From Mesotaenium endlicherianum (taxonomy: Eukaryota), in assembly GCA_009602735.1 (NCBI GenBank), contig WELA01002258.1:804244-868243 (forward strand): a stretch of DNA of 64,000 nt, in the 5' to 3' direction. The number at the start of each line of letters is the position of its first letter. The stretch's first letter is position 1. The translations under genes and the position numbers were made by a program. The notes under the pieces were generated by a model, which worked only from the letters and a program-made list of their open reading frames with translations, was not told the origin of the DNA and did no database searches. Of this stretch, positions 36,534 through 48,239 are shown one piece after another.

Positions 36534-39500
36534 TATAGAAAATAAGCAGTTCTAGCTCTAATTGCTTAGCATGTGCGTTCACATGTGTGGAGGTTGACTG
36601 AAGTGTGTGGTCGGACGAGTCCAGCTAATGTTGGTTGAGAGTGTCGATGTGTAGAGCTTCTCATGACTAGGACTATCTATTAGTTTGAGGTAGGTTAGCA
36701 GCCGCAAATGTGAAAGTAGAAGGGCAGAGAAACTTGTAAGGGATACACTTGAGTAAGAAAGAGTTGAGCCCCCGAGAAAGAGAGTGCTCCTCTTGGTGTT
36801 GTGTGCATGCTTATATGTGTTGTGTATGAGCTGCAAGTGAAGTATTTGTCTTGCTATAGAACGAGTAAGCAATGACAGATGAAGATTTTCAACATGGTAT
36901 CGGAGCAAGTTCTAGCTCTCGGCTCTCGCACTTCAATAGGAAGGGTACTGAGTATCTTGTGTGGTCGCGAAGAGTGTGTGCACAATTAGCCAAACATGAT
37001 CTCAAGGAGATAGTGCTTGGAAATGAAAAGATCCCAGATCCACTCCAGGTGCCCGCTGCAAATGCTGATGCAGGAACCAGAGAAGCGTATGTAGGGAATG
37101 GAGCAGCTAGAGTTGCATGGCGAAAGAGGGAGGCACATGCATTTGATCTGCTTACAAAGAGCTTGGGTCAGGAGACCTACATGAGAGTGCTGAATTTAGA
37201 GACCAGCACTGCGATGTGGGAGTCGTTGAAGAACCTGCACCAGCAGTATAGTGTTGCTAACAGAGGCACCTTTAAGAAGAAGTTTGCTCTGTTGAAGCAA
37301 GAAGAGGGAGAGAGCGTGCAATCTTACTTCTCCCGCATCAGAGAAGTGTGTGAGGAATTAAAAGCCTTGGATGCCGAGGTGAATCAAGAAGATCAGGTGA
37401 TTCAAGCTTTGAACGGATTGGATTCAAAGTTTGAGACCTTCAGAGACTCCCTGTCAGTGCTGACAACTGCTGAACTCACCATGGAGAACATTGAATCCAA
37501 GTTGCTCATTAAGGAGGTTCAGATGGAGACCAAAGAAAAGGCAAGCTCATCCACTGAACAAGCTCTACTCATGTTTGAAGACAAGAAGTTTCGTCTGGTG
37601 GGCAATCAACTAGTGGAGCAGATGGAAGAGCTTAGCGTGGCGAGTTCCAGTCGGCAAGGAGAAGGATGGGGAGAAAGGAGGTCAAGATCTCATAGAGGAG
37701 GCTATCAAGGCAGAGGAGGTGGAAGCAAGAAAGGGAGATGCTTCATTTGTGGGAAGACAAGACATTCTGCACCAAGCTGCGAGGATGCAGTGTGCTTCAC
37801 GTACAACAAGAAGGGACATCTGGCCAGGGATTGCAGCCAGAAGAGAGAAGGTACTTCCCTTCACAATGCTGAAGAAAATGCCAATGCTGTTACTATAGAG
37901 GAGTCACTGGTGTGCAGCGAGCAGGATGAGGATGCCTGGTTTGTTGACTCAGGAGCTTCAAGACATGCCACTCCTAGGAGAGAGATCATGCTCGACTACA
38001 AGTCCTGCAGTCCAGTGCCAGTCAGAGTTGGTGATGGCATGCTGCTACAAGGGATTGGAACTGGAAAGGTGGTAGTCATGACACAGCTAGGCAAGAGGAG
38101 GCACAAGTTTACGATGCAGGATGTGCTTCACTGTCCGGGACTAGTGAAGAATCTGTTTTCAGTGCCAAAGACCACAGCTCTTGGAAACACAGTGGTGTTT
38201 GAAGGAAGTGATTGTCGAGTCATGGACTCGGACGGTGATGTGGTAATGAAGGCTGTGAAGTCAAGTGTTCAAGGCAGCTTGTTCAAAATCCAGTGCCAAA
38301 CTGAGATTGCTCTATCTGTAATGGACCAGGTTCTTCAGGTTGAGTTTGCACTTGGTGCACAGGGAGGTGACAAGCTGGAGAGTGACATCAACCTGTGGCA
38401 CCAGAGGCTGGGACATGTGAGTGAGCAGAGATTCAAGCAAATAGCACAAGACAAGGAGAGAGGGCTGCCAGACTTTACAGGGCAGAGTTTAGAATTCTGC
38501 AGGGGATGTCAGATGGGGAAGCAGGCCAGGAAGGCATTCCCAAAGGGAGAAGCTTCAAGGGCTAGTGAGCTGCTGGAGTTGGTGCACTTAGATGTGTGGG
38601 GACCTGCTAGTGTAACAGCTAGATCGTCAAGAAACTTGTATTACATCACCTTCACAGATGACTACTCCAGGAAGACTGAGGTGTATTTCATGAGAACCAA
38701 GGATCAAAAGTTCTTGAAGTACAAGGCATCCGTGGAGAAGCAGTCGGGAAAGAAGATCAAGACCCTGAGGACTGATAATGGGTCTGAGTATGTCAACGGC
38801 TACTTTGACAAGTTTCTGAGGGACGAAGGCATCAAGCATGAGCTGACTATCACTTACTCTCCTCAGCAGAATGGAGTTGCTGAGAGGAAGAACAGGACTC
38901 TTGTGGAGGCTGCAAGAGCGATGATCTTTGCGTCTGGTCAGAACGTGAGCTTCTGGGCAGAAGCTGTAAGCACTGCAGCTTATGTGAGTAACAGGCTGTT
39001 ATCGACTGCTATTGGTGGAAGGATTCCTGAGGAGGTTTGGAGTGGGAAGAAACTCTCTGTGCAAGAGTTGAGAGTCTTCGGGACAGAGGTGTGGTCCCAT
39101 ATTCCCTTGGACAAGAGGCACAAGCTGCAACCCAAGTCTGAGAGGTGTGTACTCGTGGGCTATGACACCAACAGCAAAGGGTACAGGGTGGTGAAAGTGA
39201 GAACAGGAGAAGTGATCGTGAGCAGAGATGTGATCTTCAACGAGAAGGTGCTGGACCTTGGGAACTCTAGACTCTATGAAGAGTTTGTACCAGAGGGAGA
39301 AGAGCAGAGCAGAGTTGAGACTCGGCTTCAAGCTGCTGCAAGAGCTGCCCCTGCTGCTGGAGCTCAGGCACTACCAGAGATGCCGCAACCAGGCATTGAA
39401 GCTCAGGAGGAGCCTGAATCAAGGAGTGATGAGCAAGAGGGAGCAGCCTCCGATTCTGAGGACGAGGTCGAGTTCATTGGGGAGAGAACAGGACCTAGAC

Positions 39501-41730
39501 TCTCAGAGGGAGCAGCACAGGAGAGGAAGAGAACAAGTCCACGACCTCAGGGAGCGGCCGTACCAGAGGAGAGAAGATCAAGGAAACTGGCAGGCAGGGA
39601 GCCAGAAGCAACAGAGGGAGCTGAGAGGAGCTCCAGATCACCTGCAGGAGGGAAGCGTCCACTAGTGAAGAGAGCCATGGCTCATCTAGACACTCAAGAA
39701 GAGAGAGTGTGCCACCTGCTAGATTTGGCTTTGATGAGTATGTAAGTGTGGCTGAGTTGATGGTTGAGGAGGATGCTGTAGAGAGTGAGGTGGTTTACAT
39801 GGTAGATGACTCAGAGCCCAAGACCTTTGAGGCTGCTATGCAGACAGAGGAAGCAGCTAAGTGGAGAAAGGCTTATGAGGAAGAGATGGAGTCACTGGCA
39901 AAGAATGAGACATGGGACCTGGTAAAGCTGCCACCTGGTAAGAAGGTTGTGGGAGGCAGGTGGATCTTCAGGAAGAAGAGGAAGGCAGATGGATCAGTGG
40001 ACAGATACAAGGCGCGGTTTGTGGCAACGGGCTACTCCCAGACAGAGGGAGAAGACTATCATGAGACTTTTGCACCAGTTGCCAAGATTGCCACAGTGAG
40101 AGTCGTGGCGCAGATTGCCGCAGTGGAGGATATGGAGATGCATCAGATGGACGTGAAGACTGCATTTCTGTATGGAGAGCTGGAGGCGGAGGTCTACATG
40201 GAGCAACCAGAGGGATTCATTGATGAGAAGTTCCCGAAGAAGGTGCGCAAGCTGAAGGAGTCCCTGTATGGACTGAAGCAGTCTCCAAGAATGTGGAACC
40301 AGAAGATAGACTCCTTTCTTCATGGTGAGGGATTTGTGAAGTCCAATGCTGACAGCAGTTTGTATATGAAGGGAGCAGGTGATGACAGGGTGATGCTGGT
40401 ACTGTATGTTGATGACCTGCTGCTCGTTGGCAAGAAGATGGTGGAGGTGCAGAAGGTGAAGGATGCCCTGAGTCGTGCCTTCGATATGAAGGACTTGGGA
40501 GAGGTACAGTTCCTGCTTGGCATTCAGGTGAAGAGAGATAGGGCCAAGAGGATTGTAATGCTGGGTCAGCCAGCCTACTTGCAGACAGTGCTGGAAAGGT
40601 TTGATATGATGGGCTGTAAGCCTGTCAGTGTGCCCCTTGATCCTAAGCACAAGCTGAGCTCGAGTATGTGTGCTAAGGATGAGCATGAGTGGGAGATGAT
40701 GTCTCAGGTGCCCATGAAAAAGGTTGCAGGTAGTATTATGTATCTGATGGTGTGCACACGTCCTGATATTGCTAACATAGTCGGGATAGTGAGTCAGTTC
40801 ATGGAGAATCTAGGCCCTGCACACTGGGAGGCTATGAAGAGGATCCTGAGATATCTCAAGGGGACACCTTGGAGGAAGTGATAGTGTGAGGCTAGAAGGG
40901 TGCAGTGATGCTGACTGGGGAGGAGACATAGACACTCGGAAGTCTACAACAGGTTATGCATTCTCTCTGGCTAAGGGTGCTGTGACCTGGAAGAGCAAGA
41001 GACAAAAGGTGGTGGCCTTGTCGTCCATGGAGGCAGAGTATATGGCAGCCTCACAGGCAGTGAGAGAGGCACTGTGGCTGAGAAGACTTCTGGAGGACCT
41101 GGGCTATGAGCAGAAGAGACCCACTATTATTTTGAGTGATAGTCAGAGCTGCATTGCATTAGGAAAGAACCCTGTTGAGCATGCTAGGAGTAAACATATA
41201 GATATTCAACATCATAAGTGCAGGGAGTGTGTGCTTGATGGTAGCGTAGACTGATAAGATGGTGGCTGATGCCTTGACAAAGGCTGTTCCTAAAGTAAAG
41301 CACCAATGGTGTGCTGAGATGCTAGGACTAAAAGAGATAGTGAGCAAATAGATTAGAATTGAGAGGGAGTGTAGAAAATAAGCAGTCCTAGCTCTAATTG
41401 TTCAGCATGTGCGTTCACATGTGTGGAGGTTGACTGAAGTGTGTGGTCGGTCGAGTCCAGCTAATGTTGGTTGAGAGTGTCGATGTGTAGAGCTTCTGAT
41501 GACTAGGACTATCTATTAGTTCGAGGTAGGTTAGCAGCCGCAAATGTGAATATAGAAGGGCAGAGAAACTTGTAAGGGATACACTTGAGTAAGAAAGAGT
41601 TGAGCCCCCGAGAAAGAGAGTGCTCCTCTTGGTGTCGTGTGCATGCTTATATGTGTTGTGTATGAGCTGCAAGTGAAGTATTTGTCTTGCTATAGAACAA
41701 GTAAGCAATGACAGATGAAGATTTTCAACA
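36534..41730 (+). mobile_element. Full-length Ty1/Copia element, TSD AGATG
   Basis: 361-bp LTRs 36534-36894 and 41370-41730 (about 11 differences by eye). PBS 36895-36906, PPT GAGAGGGAG. AGATG at 36529-36533 and 41731-41735. Confidence 0.97.
36872..41351 (+). pseudogene. Copia gag-PR-IN-RT-RH polyprotein with frameshifts and small deletions
   Basis: Knuckles, WFVDSGAS, LWHQRLGH, RTDNGSEY, QMDVKTAF, YVDD and SDADWGG. Breaks near 39.7, 40.87 and 41.25 kb. Confidence 0.95.
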
Positions 41731-41735
41731 AGATG

Positions 41736-42237
41736 TCATCGCAAGAGAATTGGAAGGCTCAAAGAATCCCAGGAGGTATCCACTCTAGGCAGCCTATCTG
41801 AACGCAACAGAATGCAAATGGCGGCATGCAAAGAACTGATGGAAGTCTTCTTTGATGCTGAGATGGCCAAAGCCAACGATGGCAAAGACGCTATGAGAAA
41901 GCTTATTGATGAAGGTATTTCTCTCATTTTTTATTGCGAAAGCCAGATTATGTTAGCACATAAGCATGGCTAGACTATTGTCAATGAAGTATTGAAGGAG
42001 AATGCTGATAAGGATAGAATGAGCGTCACAGTTTTACAAAGAAAGTGCCAACTAAAGGCAGATAAGAATAAGAAAGCACCAGAGAAAGACGCAGAGAAAG
42101 GAAACAAGAGAACTAGGCAGCAGCAAAACCAACAGAGAAGGGGGGATCCAAACTACAAACCAACATGCTATGCTTGTGGAGTGTTAGGTCACTTGTCTAC
42201 TCATTGCAAGATAATCACTCCAATACCTCAGCAGTAG
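41736..42237 (+). pseudogene. gag: PAT-like gag, 3' part with zinc knuckle
   Basis: CYACGVLGHLSTHC. Confidence 0.75.
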
Positions 42238-42829
42238 CAGAATTAATATTATGGGCAGCAGAAGCAGCTGATGCTCCCACCAGTAAGTGTGGCCAATTAT
42301 CAATAATAGGAAGTGAGTAATTTGATGTATGAGCCTGAAGTAAGGCGAGGCAAATGTGCCAAGAAATGTTATTCGAAATTATATTAGGTCATGGCATCTG
42401 CAATCAATGAAGTGATTAGATTGGCTGAATTTTTTGAGTATCATTGGTATGAAATTATCCTTGTACATATATCCGTTCTTGCATCCTGCTATAAAAAAAT
42501 TGTCAATTATTGCGTCGATAATTGAATAATTTCTAATGTTTTATATTAGAATTCCACACGAATTCTTGTGAAGGTCATATTCTCTTGCAGACACTTGCAA
42601 AATGAATAATTTTTGGAAAGGAACAGCATAATTGCTGCAGCCTCAGGGAAGAAGCATTGTACCCTAATGGGTTAGTGGCTTGTGGGATATTGTCATCTGC
42701 TACCATGTGTGGCAGATGAGGAAACTGATGAGTGGCGGGAGATCCTCAATGATCTATTGGGAAGAAAGGTTGAGGTGAAGGAAGAAAAGAAAGCCAGCTC
42801 CACAGCAGACATTTCTCCAAATATGGAGC

Positions 42830-44330
42830 AAACGTAAGCCAAACACAAATCCTTCTGGATGAAGTGGTGCAGATCTTTGTTTGTAATGTCTGTCATCACT
42901 AAGGAACATAGGCTAGTATGAGCGGATCAGAACCACCCTGCTTTTTCTTTTCACAAACGAAACCACAAGGGAGTAGATATGCACTTGAGTTTTGCTAAGG
43001 AAGCTGTGCAAGAATTATTAACCACTAGAGTTACCATAAGATGGGAGAGAAGAGAACCACCAAAATGTGTTAGCCCACTTAATGTGGCAAAAGGTAGAAA
43101 GCCAAGGCTCATACTAGATCTGAGGTTAGTGAACGATTGGCTAGAAAGGGTCAAGTTCAAGTACAAAGGTCTAGACAAAATAGCAGATACAATTAGGCAA
43201 GTGGAATTCGTTTTCAATATTGACCTTAAGTCTGGGTACCAACATTTACCCATAGACCCAGTTTTTTGGGAGTATCTAGGTTTCCACCCAGAAGGAAAGT
43301 ATTATGTCTTCACCACACTCTCTTTCGGATTGTCATCTGCCCCATACGTCTTCACTAGAGTAATGAAGGAAATTGTGGGAAAATGGAGAAGGGAGGGCAT
43401 TAGGTTTATCCCATATTTGGATGATTTCCTCATAGCATGTGAGACCCCACAGGCACATAAAGAATTGTTGAAGAAAATCTTGGGAGAATTGGCAGCAGCA
43501 GGAATAGTAGTGTATATGAAAAAAGCTCAACTCAATTTGACAAAAAGTCATAAAATTCTTAGGAGTAGTTATAGATACAAGGGACATGTGGATCTATATA
43601 GACAAAGAAAGAAAGCTCAAATTTTTGAGCAAGATCAGAGAAATTCAGAAGATGGGAAACACACAGGGGACAATATTAGCTAGGGAGATAGCTAGAGTAG
43701 CAGGTCAAGTGATAGCCATGAAGCCTGCTCTTGAGATCACGACTGGGATTTATACTAGATACATGTTTCAGATGCTAGCTAAAAAAGTAGACTGGGATGA
43801 GCAATTACAGATAACAGAGGGAGTTAAAAAAGAATTTTTTTTCTTGGAGAATGCCTTTGATCAGTTCAATGGAGCACCTATCAAAGTCCACATAACCCCT
43901 CAAATGCTCCTCTATGTAGATGCGTCAGAGGATGGATAGGGGGGGGTCCTCATAGATATATTCTCCACAGAGAAGTGGCAAATGCAAGGGAAGCTGAGGG
44001 AGGAACAATTAGGCACTTCTTCCACTAGAAGGGAGCTAGAGGGGCTGTTGGCAGCACTATCAACCTGCACACACCTGATCCAAGAGAAACAATTGCTCGT
44101 TAGAGCTGACAACCAGGCATTATACTACATCCTTAGAAGGGGGAGATCTGCAGAATAGGACATTCAAGAGAGTACCAGGAAAATATTTGACCTGGCTAGG
44201 CACTCACACCTGGGGTTCATGATAGAATGGCTGCCTAGAGATCAGAACCAAAAAGCAGATTACTTGTCCAAAATCAAAGAGAAAGATGATTACTGCCTTA
44301 GAGAGGCCTATTTTGGAGAGCTGGAGAGGA
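42830..44330 (+). pseudogene. PAT-like RT and RNase H
   Basis: RLILDLR, DLKSGYQH, FGLSSAP.VFT, YLDD, YVDAS, SSTRRELEG, IEWLPRDQNQKADYLSK. Confidence 0.92.
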
Positions 44331-44734
44331 GGTGGGGTTTGCACACTGTGGATAGATTTGCTTCACCTGCAAATGCTAAGCTGAATAGGTTCAACAGCAC
44401 ATTTTTGTACAAGGAAGCATAATGCACTGATGCATTCTTATGTGACCGGAGTCAGGAAAACAACTATTGTTTCCCCCCCCCACAGTTGACTTTGGCTTTG
44501 ATTGCACATGCAAAGAGATGCAAGGCACAGTGCACCTTGGTGATCCTTAGGTGGGAATCAACTAGGTGGTGGCCTATCATTCAGCCATCTCCAGAGACAT
44601 GGATACCTCAGGTAAAGGACTGGGCCATGCTTGACTACAGTAGACAGTCCTTAGCTCCAGGGAGAGGTACAAAAGCCTTTGGTAATGAAGGCATTCCTTC
44701 GTGCTACATGATGGCATTAAGGATAGTATTCTAG
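44331..44734 (+). pseudogene. DIRS-type MT domain (Dam-like adenine methyltransferase fold)
   Basis: TVDRFASPANAKLNRFNS ... DAF ... NYCFPP ... LVI.RW....WWP. Confidence 0.8.
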
Positions 44735-45732
44735 GGGGCAAAGGGTGTGCAGATGCTATTTTTGCAAGTGACCCTGAGTGCATCATGCTCAACAGAGAAA
44801 GAATGGCCATCTCCTTCTCCTCAGTCAGCAAGAACTCCTTGCGAACTTACAACACCTATTGGAGAAAGTTTGTAGAATGGTGCAAACAGAAAGGATTCAA
44901 GTTTATGCCTGCATCAGAAAAGGTGGCTCCAGCATATATGGTGCGCTTAGTAGCCTCCAAAGTTTCTTTCTCAATTTTCAACCTATCAGCAGCAGCCATA
45001 GGCACCATGCACAAGTTAGTCAAACAGCCTAGCCCATCGATAGGCATTGAAATGAAGATGATCAGAGAGGCAGCAAACAGACAGCTAGGAAAGCCAAAAA
45101 ACACTAAGATGCCTATCTCTCCCTCTAAGATAATCCAGATCTTGGAGTGGTATGCTAGAAAAGATGCTTCCCTCGTTGACTAGATGAAAGCCAATACCAT
45201 AGTGCTTATGTACTACGGGTTCATGCAATATTTTGATTTAGCTCAGCTCAAAATTCATGAAGCAGAGTTAGAAGAGGTGGAAGGCATTCAATTGCTGTGG
45301 GTGTGGTTAGCAAGAGCTAAGAATGATCAGGTTGGAGAAGGAAAATGGATACCCATTCTTCACACCAAGAGCAAGTGGTCTCCAGTGCTTCTCTTCACAA
45401 GACTGATGGCCATGGCCCCCACCTACAAGATGAGAGATTTTATCATTCAGGAAGTCCTACCTTCAGGGAAAGCTCCATCATATTACCTTATCAGAAAATA
45501 GTGTCTAGAGTGTTTCTCCCACGTAGGATTGTCAATTGCAGAAGTAGGAAACCATTCTATTAGAAAGGGAGCAGCAACAGTCGCCGCCTACCTAGGTGTT
45601 CCTGACATAATTATCAATAAGCTAGGGAGGTGGAAATCTGACAAATTCAAACTGGCATATATAGTTGAGATGAATGCCTCAATGCTAGCAGCTGCTAATA
45701 TCATTGATCTACCAGACATTGCCGATAAATAA
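44701..45732 (+). pseudogene. Tyrosine recombinase
   Basis: YNTYWRKFVEWC, AKNDQ, HSIRKGAAT, GRWKS...AY. The first catalytic Arg position reads Q (GFMQ). Internal stops. Confidence 0.9.
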
Positions 45733-46484
45733 CCATATTTTCAGAAGCAAATTCAGGTGGCCTTTAAAAGAAAATTAGCTAAGAAATAAAAAAATAAAAT
45801 TGCTGTACCATGTGCTGTGCAACAGCTTTCTACAATAAGGGTTACAGTGACCATGCTTCTTTGAAAGTAAGCCTGAAGGCAGAGCATAATTAAAAGCTAG
45901 TACTACTTTAGATCAGACCCCTACCATCTATTCCCACCCATTTCCCTTTCTCCCTTCCATCCTCCCTGCCTACCTTACCTCTAACCTATCCTACTCATGC
46001 CCAGCCCCTCCCTTTCCAGCTGCACATGTATGCCATTGTGCAGCTTACTTCACTCATTTTCTCCTCCAAATAAAGCCTATCACTCTTTACTATACTCCAC
46101 TTCATACTATAATATAATATAATACTATATAAATACATTCTATAAAATATATATATATATATATATATATGAATTCTTAAAAGGAGAGAAAGATTATCAA
46201 AATGTAGATTAAATTAGCAATTAAATGTAAGTTTGATAATCTCGAAAGAACAGATTGAGAATTAGGCGGGCTTACACAAGCCCGCCTGCATTCAATTTTA
46301 CCCTAATTTGGAAGTTCTTCAATAGAGATTCGAGAGCTTCAAAGTTCTCGCTCTTCCTCACCTATATAAGCTATGCACTCTACTTCACTCTCCACGCATG
46401 TGCTAAGTGAAGTTAAGAGTGCATACATAACCCATCCACCCACCCACAATAAATAGAATAACAAAGCACCACAAACACCTAAAA

Positions 46485-46502
46485 TGAGAGAGAGAGAGAG
46501 AG

Positions 46503-46574
<72 letters not shown>

Positions 46575-46647
46575 NNNNNNNNNNNNNNNNNNNNNNNNNN
46601 NNNNNNNNNNNNNNNNNNNNNNNNNNNNNNNNNNNNNNNNNNNNNNN

Positions 46648-46703
<56 letters not shown>

Positions 46704-46718
46704 TATAAGAGAGAGAGT
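46485..46718. repeat. (GA)n microsatellite with assembly gap
   Basis: Direct inspection; N run at 46575-46647. Confidence 0.95.
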
Positions 46719-47512
46719 GACAAACAAAGAGATCAGACATAGAAACTACTGATTAAAAAAGGGGATGCATGTATACCATCACAATCTGCACTAAGCTGCA
46801 TGAAAGAAGTAACACTTTAACTAAAAGTGGACAATGTCTCTGCAGAGTATGCCTGCCCTGTTGATCAAGGCAGATTTTAAAGAAAGCTAACAAAGCATGT
46901 TTTTTTGGCTAGTTTGGAAGATCGCAAGTCTGCATCTATGTACAGGTACTGAGATACCAGACATGGGGGAGCATAAGCAGTGGGGCTGCAATCTGGAGAA
47001 ATGACAGGAAGAAGGAGATAACATACTCAAGGCAGCTGTAGCAACTCAGAATAACAAATATATAACAACAGAAGTATGAAGTTTTAGCTGCCCTAGTTGC
47101 AGCAGAGTCCTTACAAAAGCAGGAGAGGAAACTTAGCAGTATAGAATTCGCATATTTGAGCTACAATGATGTAGCCCACAGAAGAGGAAAAGAGGCACCT
47201 ATTGAATATGAATAGTAGCTACAATTCAACAGAAGTGGAAGAAACAGAGAAGTTAAGAAGTTTGAAGAAAAGTGGAAAGTAGAAAAGTAGATGGAAGACA
47301 ACCTCTCATCAACTCCAGACTCACCGTAGCACTCCAGCTTACTACACTCACCCTCTCCTCGAATAAAATCCTATTACTCTTTACTATACTCCATTTGATA
47401 CTATAATGTAATATAACATTATATAAATACATACTAATATAATATGACATTTATATATATAAAGATGATTCTAGAAAGAATTCTAAAAAAGAGAGAGAGA
47501 GAGATTATCAAA

Positions 47513-48239
47513 CGCGGAAGGTACCCAAGAGATCATCTCATTCGGTCCACGTGACATGAACTGAGTTTTTTCCCATCGCGTTGACTCAGAAAGGATCTTA
47601 TTTGCCTAGTGTAAATTGGTGTAAATCTGTACGCACCAATTCTTACCAATTATAGTATCAATTGACAAAACATTTCTCCAATTTCTTCCAAGTCGTCATG
47701 CACTTCCAACAGTGTCGAGTCGCACCAAGGTCCGGGAATTCAACATTGAGTCGACCTGGATTCAAACCTGACATCTATTGAATGATCAGCCTCAGGAGCA
47801 ACTCAGGCAGAGCTCGGGAGTAGACCGGACGTTTCCTCCAGAACCACGACAGGATGTTTCATCCAATTACATCCAGTGGCGTCGAGCAGTATATATAAGG
47901 TTCGTGTAAAGCTTCTTCTCGCACAATCGACTCGATTACACACGCTGTTGTTCAGCAGACTGGCCCTGCAAAGGTAACGTCTGGCCCAAAAATTGACCCG
48001 GTGTTTGTGCACGCAAACAAGCTCTTGGAGGCATTCAGGACATACCCCAGTAAGACCTCGACGCGCCCGATTATACATACAGATATAAGAGCGCCATGTC
48101 GTCAACGCATTTTATAACCGCAACAGCTTATTGATTTGACGAGTTCCATAACGATTTATTGTGTTGTTGGTCTATCTTATGTCAACAAAAACGTCATTTA
48201 CAGGACACATATGGAGCAGCCTTACACATCAACATTGGT
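47513..48239 (+). repeat. Left arm (inner part) of the long inverted repeat, with a TATA box
   Basis: Similar to the reverse complement of about 54520-55250. GGCGTCGAGCAGTATATATAAGGTTCGTGTAAAGCTTCT is identical in both arms. Confidence 0.9.

Larger units (their letters stand above)
35924..47512 (+). mobile_element. PAT-like (DIRS order) tyrosine-recombinase retrotransposon with split direct repeats
   Basis: Order gag, RT, RH, MT, YR. Repeats A1 35924-36156, B1 ~46042-46198, A2 ~46200-46431, B2 ~47335-47512. AAA at both ends and at the B1/A2 junction. Confidence 0.9.

Noticed and set aside
39650..39745. Programmed frameshift between Copia IN and RT
   Set aside because: Copia pol is normally one frame, no slippery signal was seen, and the element has other lesions, so a mutation is more likely.
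42284..42590. Intron joining PAT gag to pol (GTAAGT...TTGCAG)
   Set aside because: The splice-like sites exist, but the join does not give the pol frame and stops intervene. It cannot be supported without other copies.
46339..46740. LS and RE dipeptide ORFs
   Set aside because: Translations of the (GA)n microsatellite and N gap.
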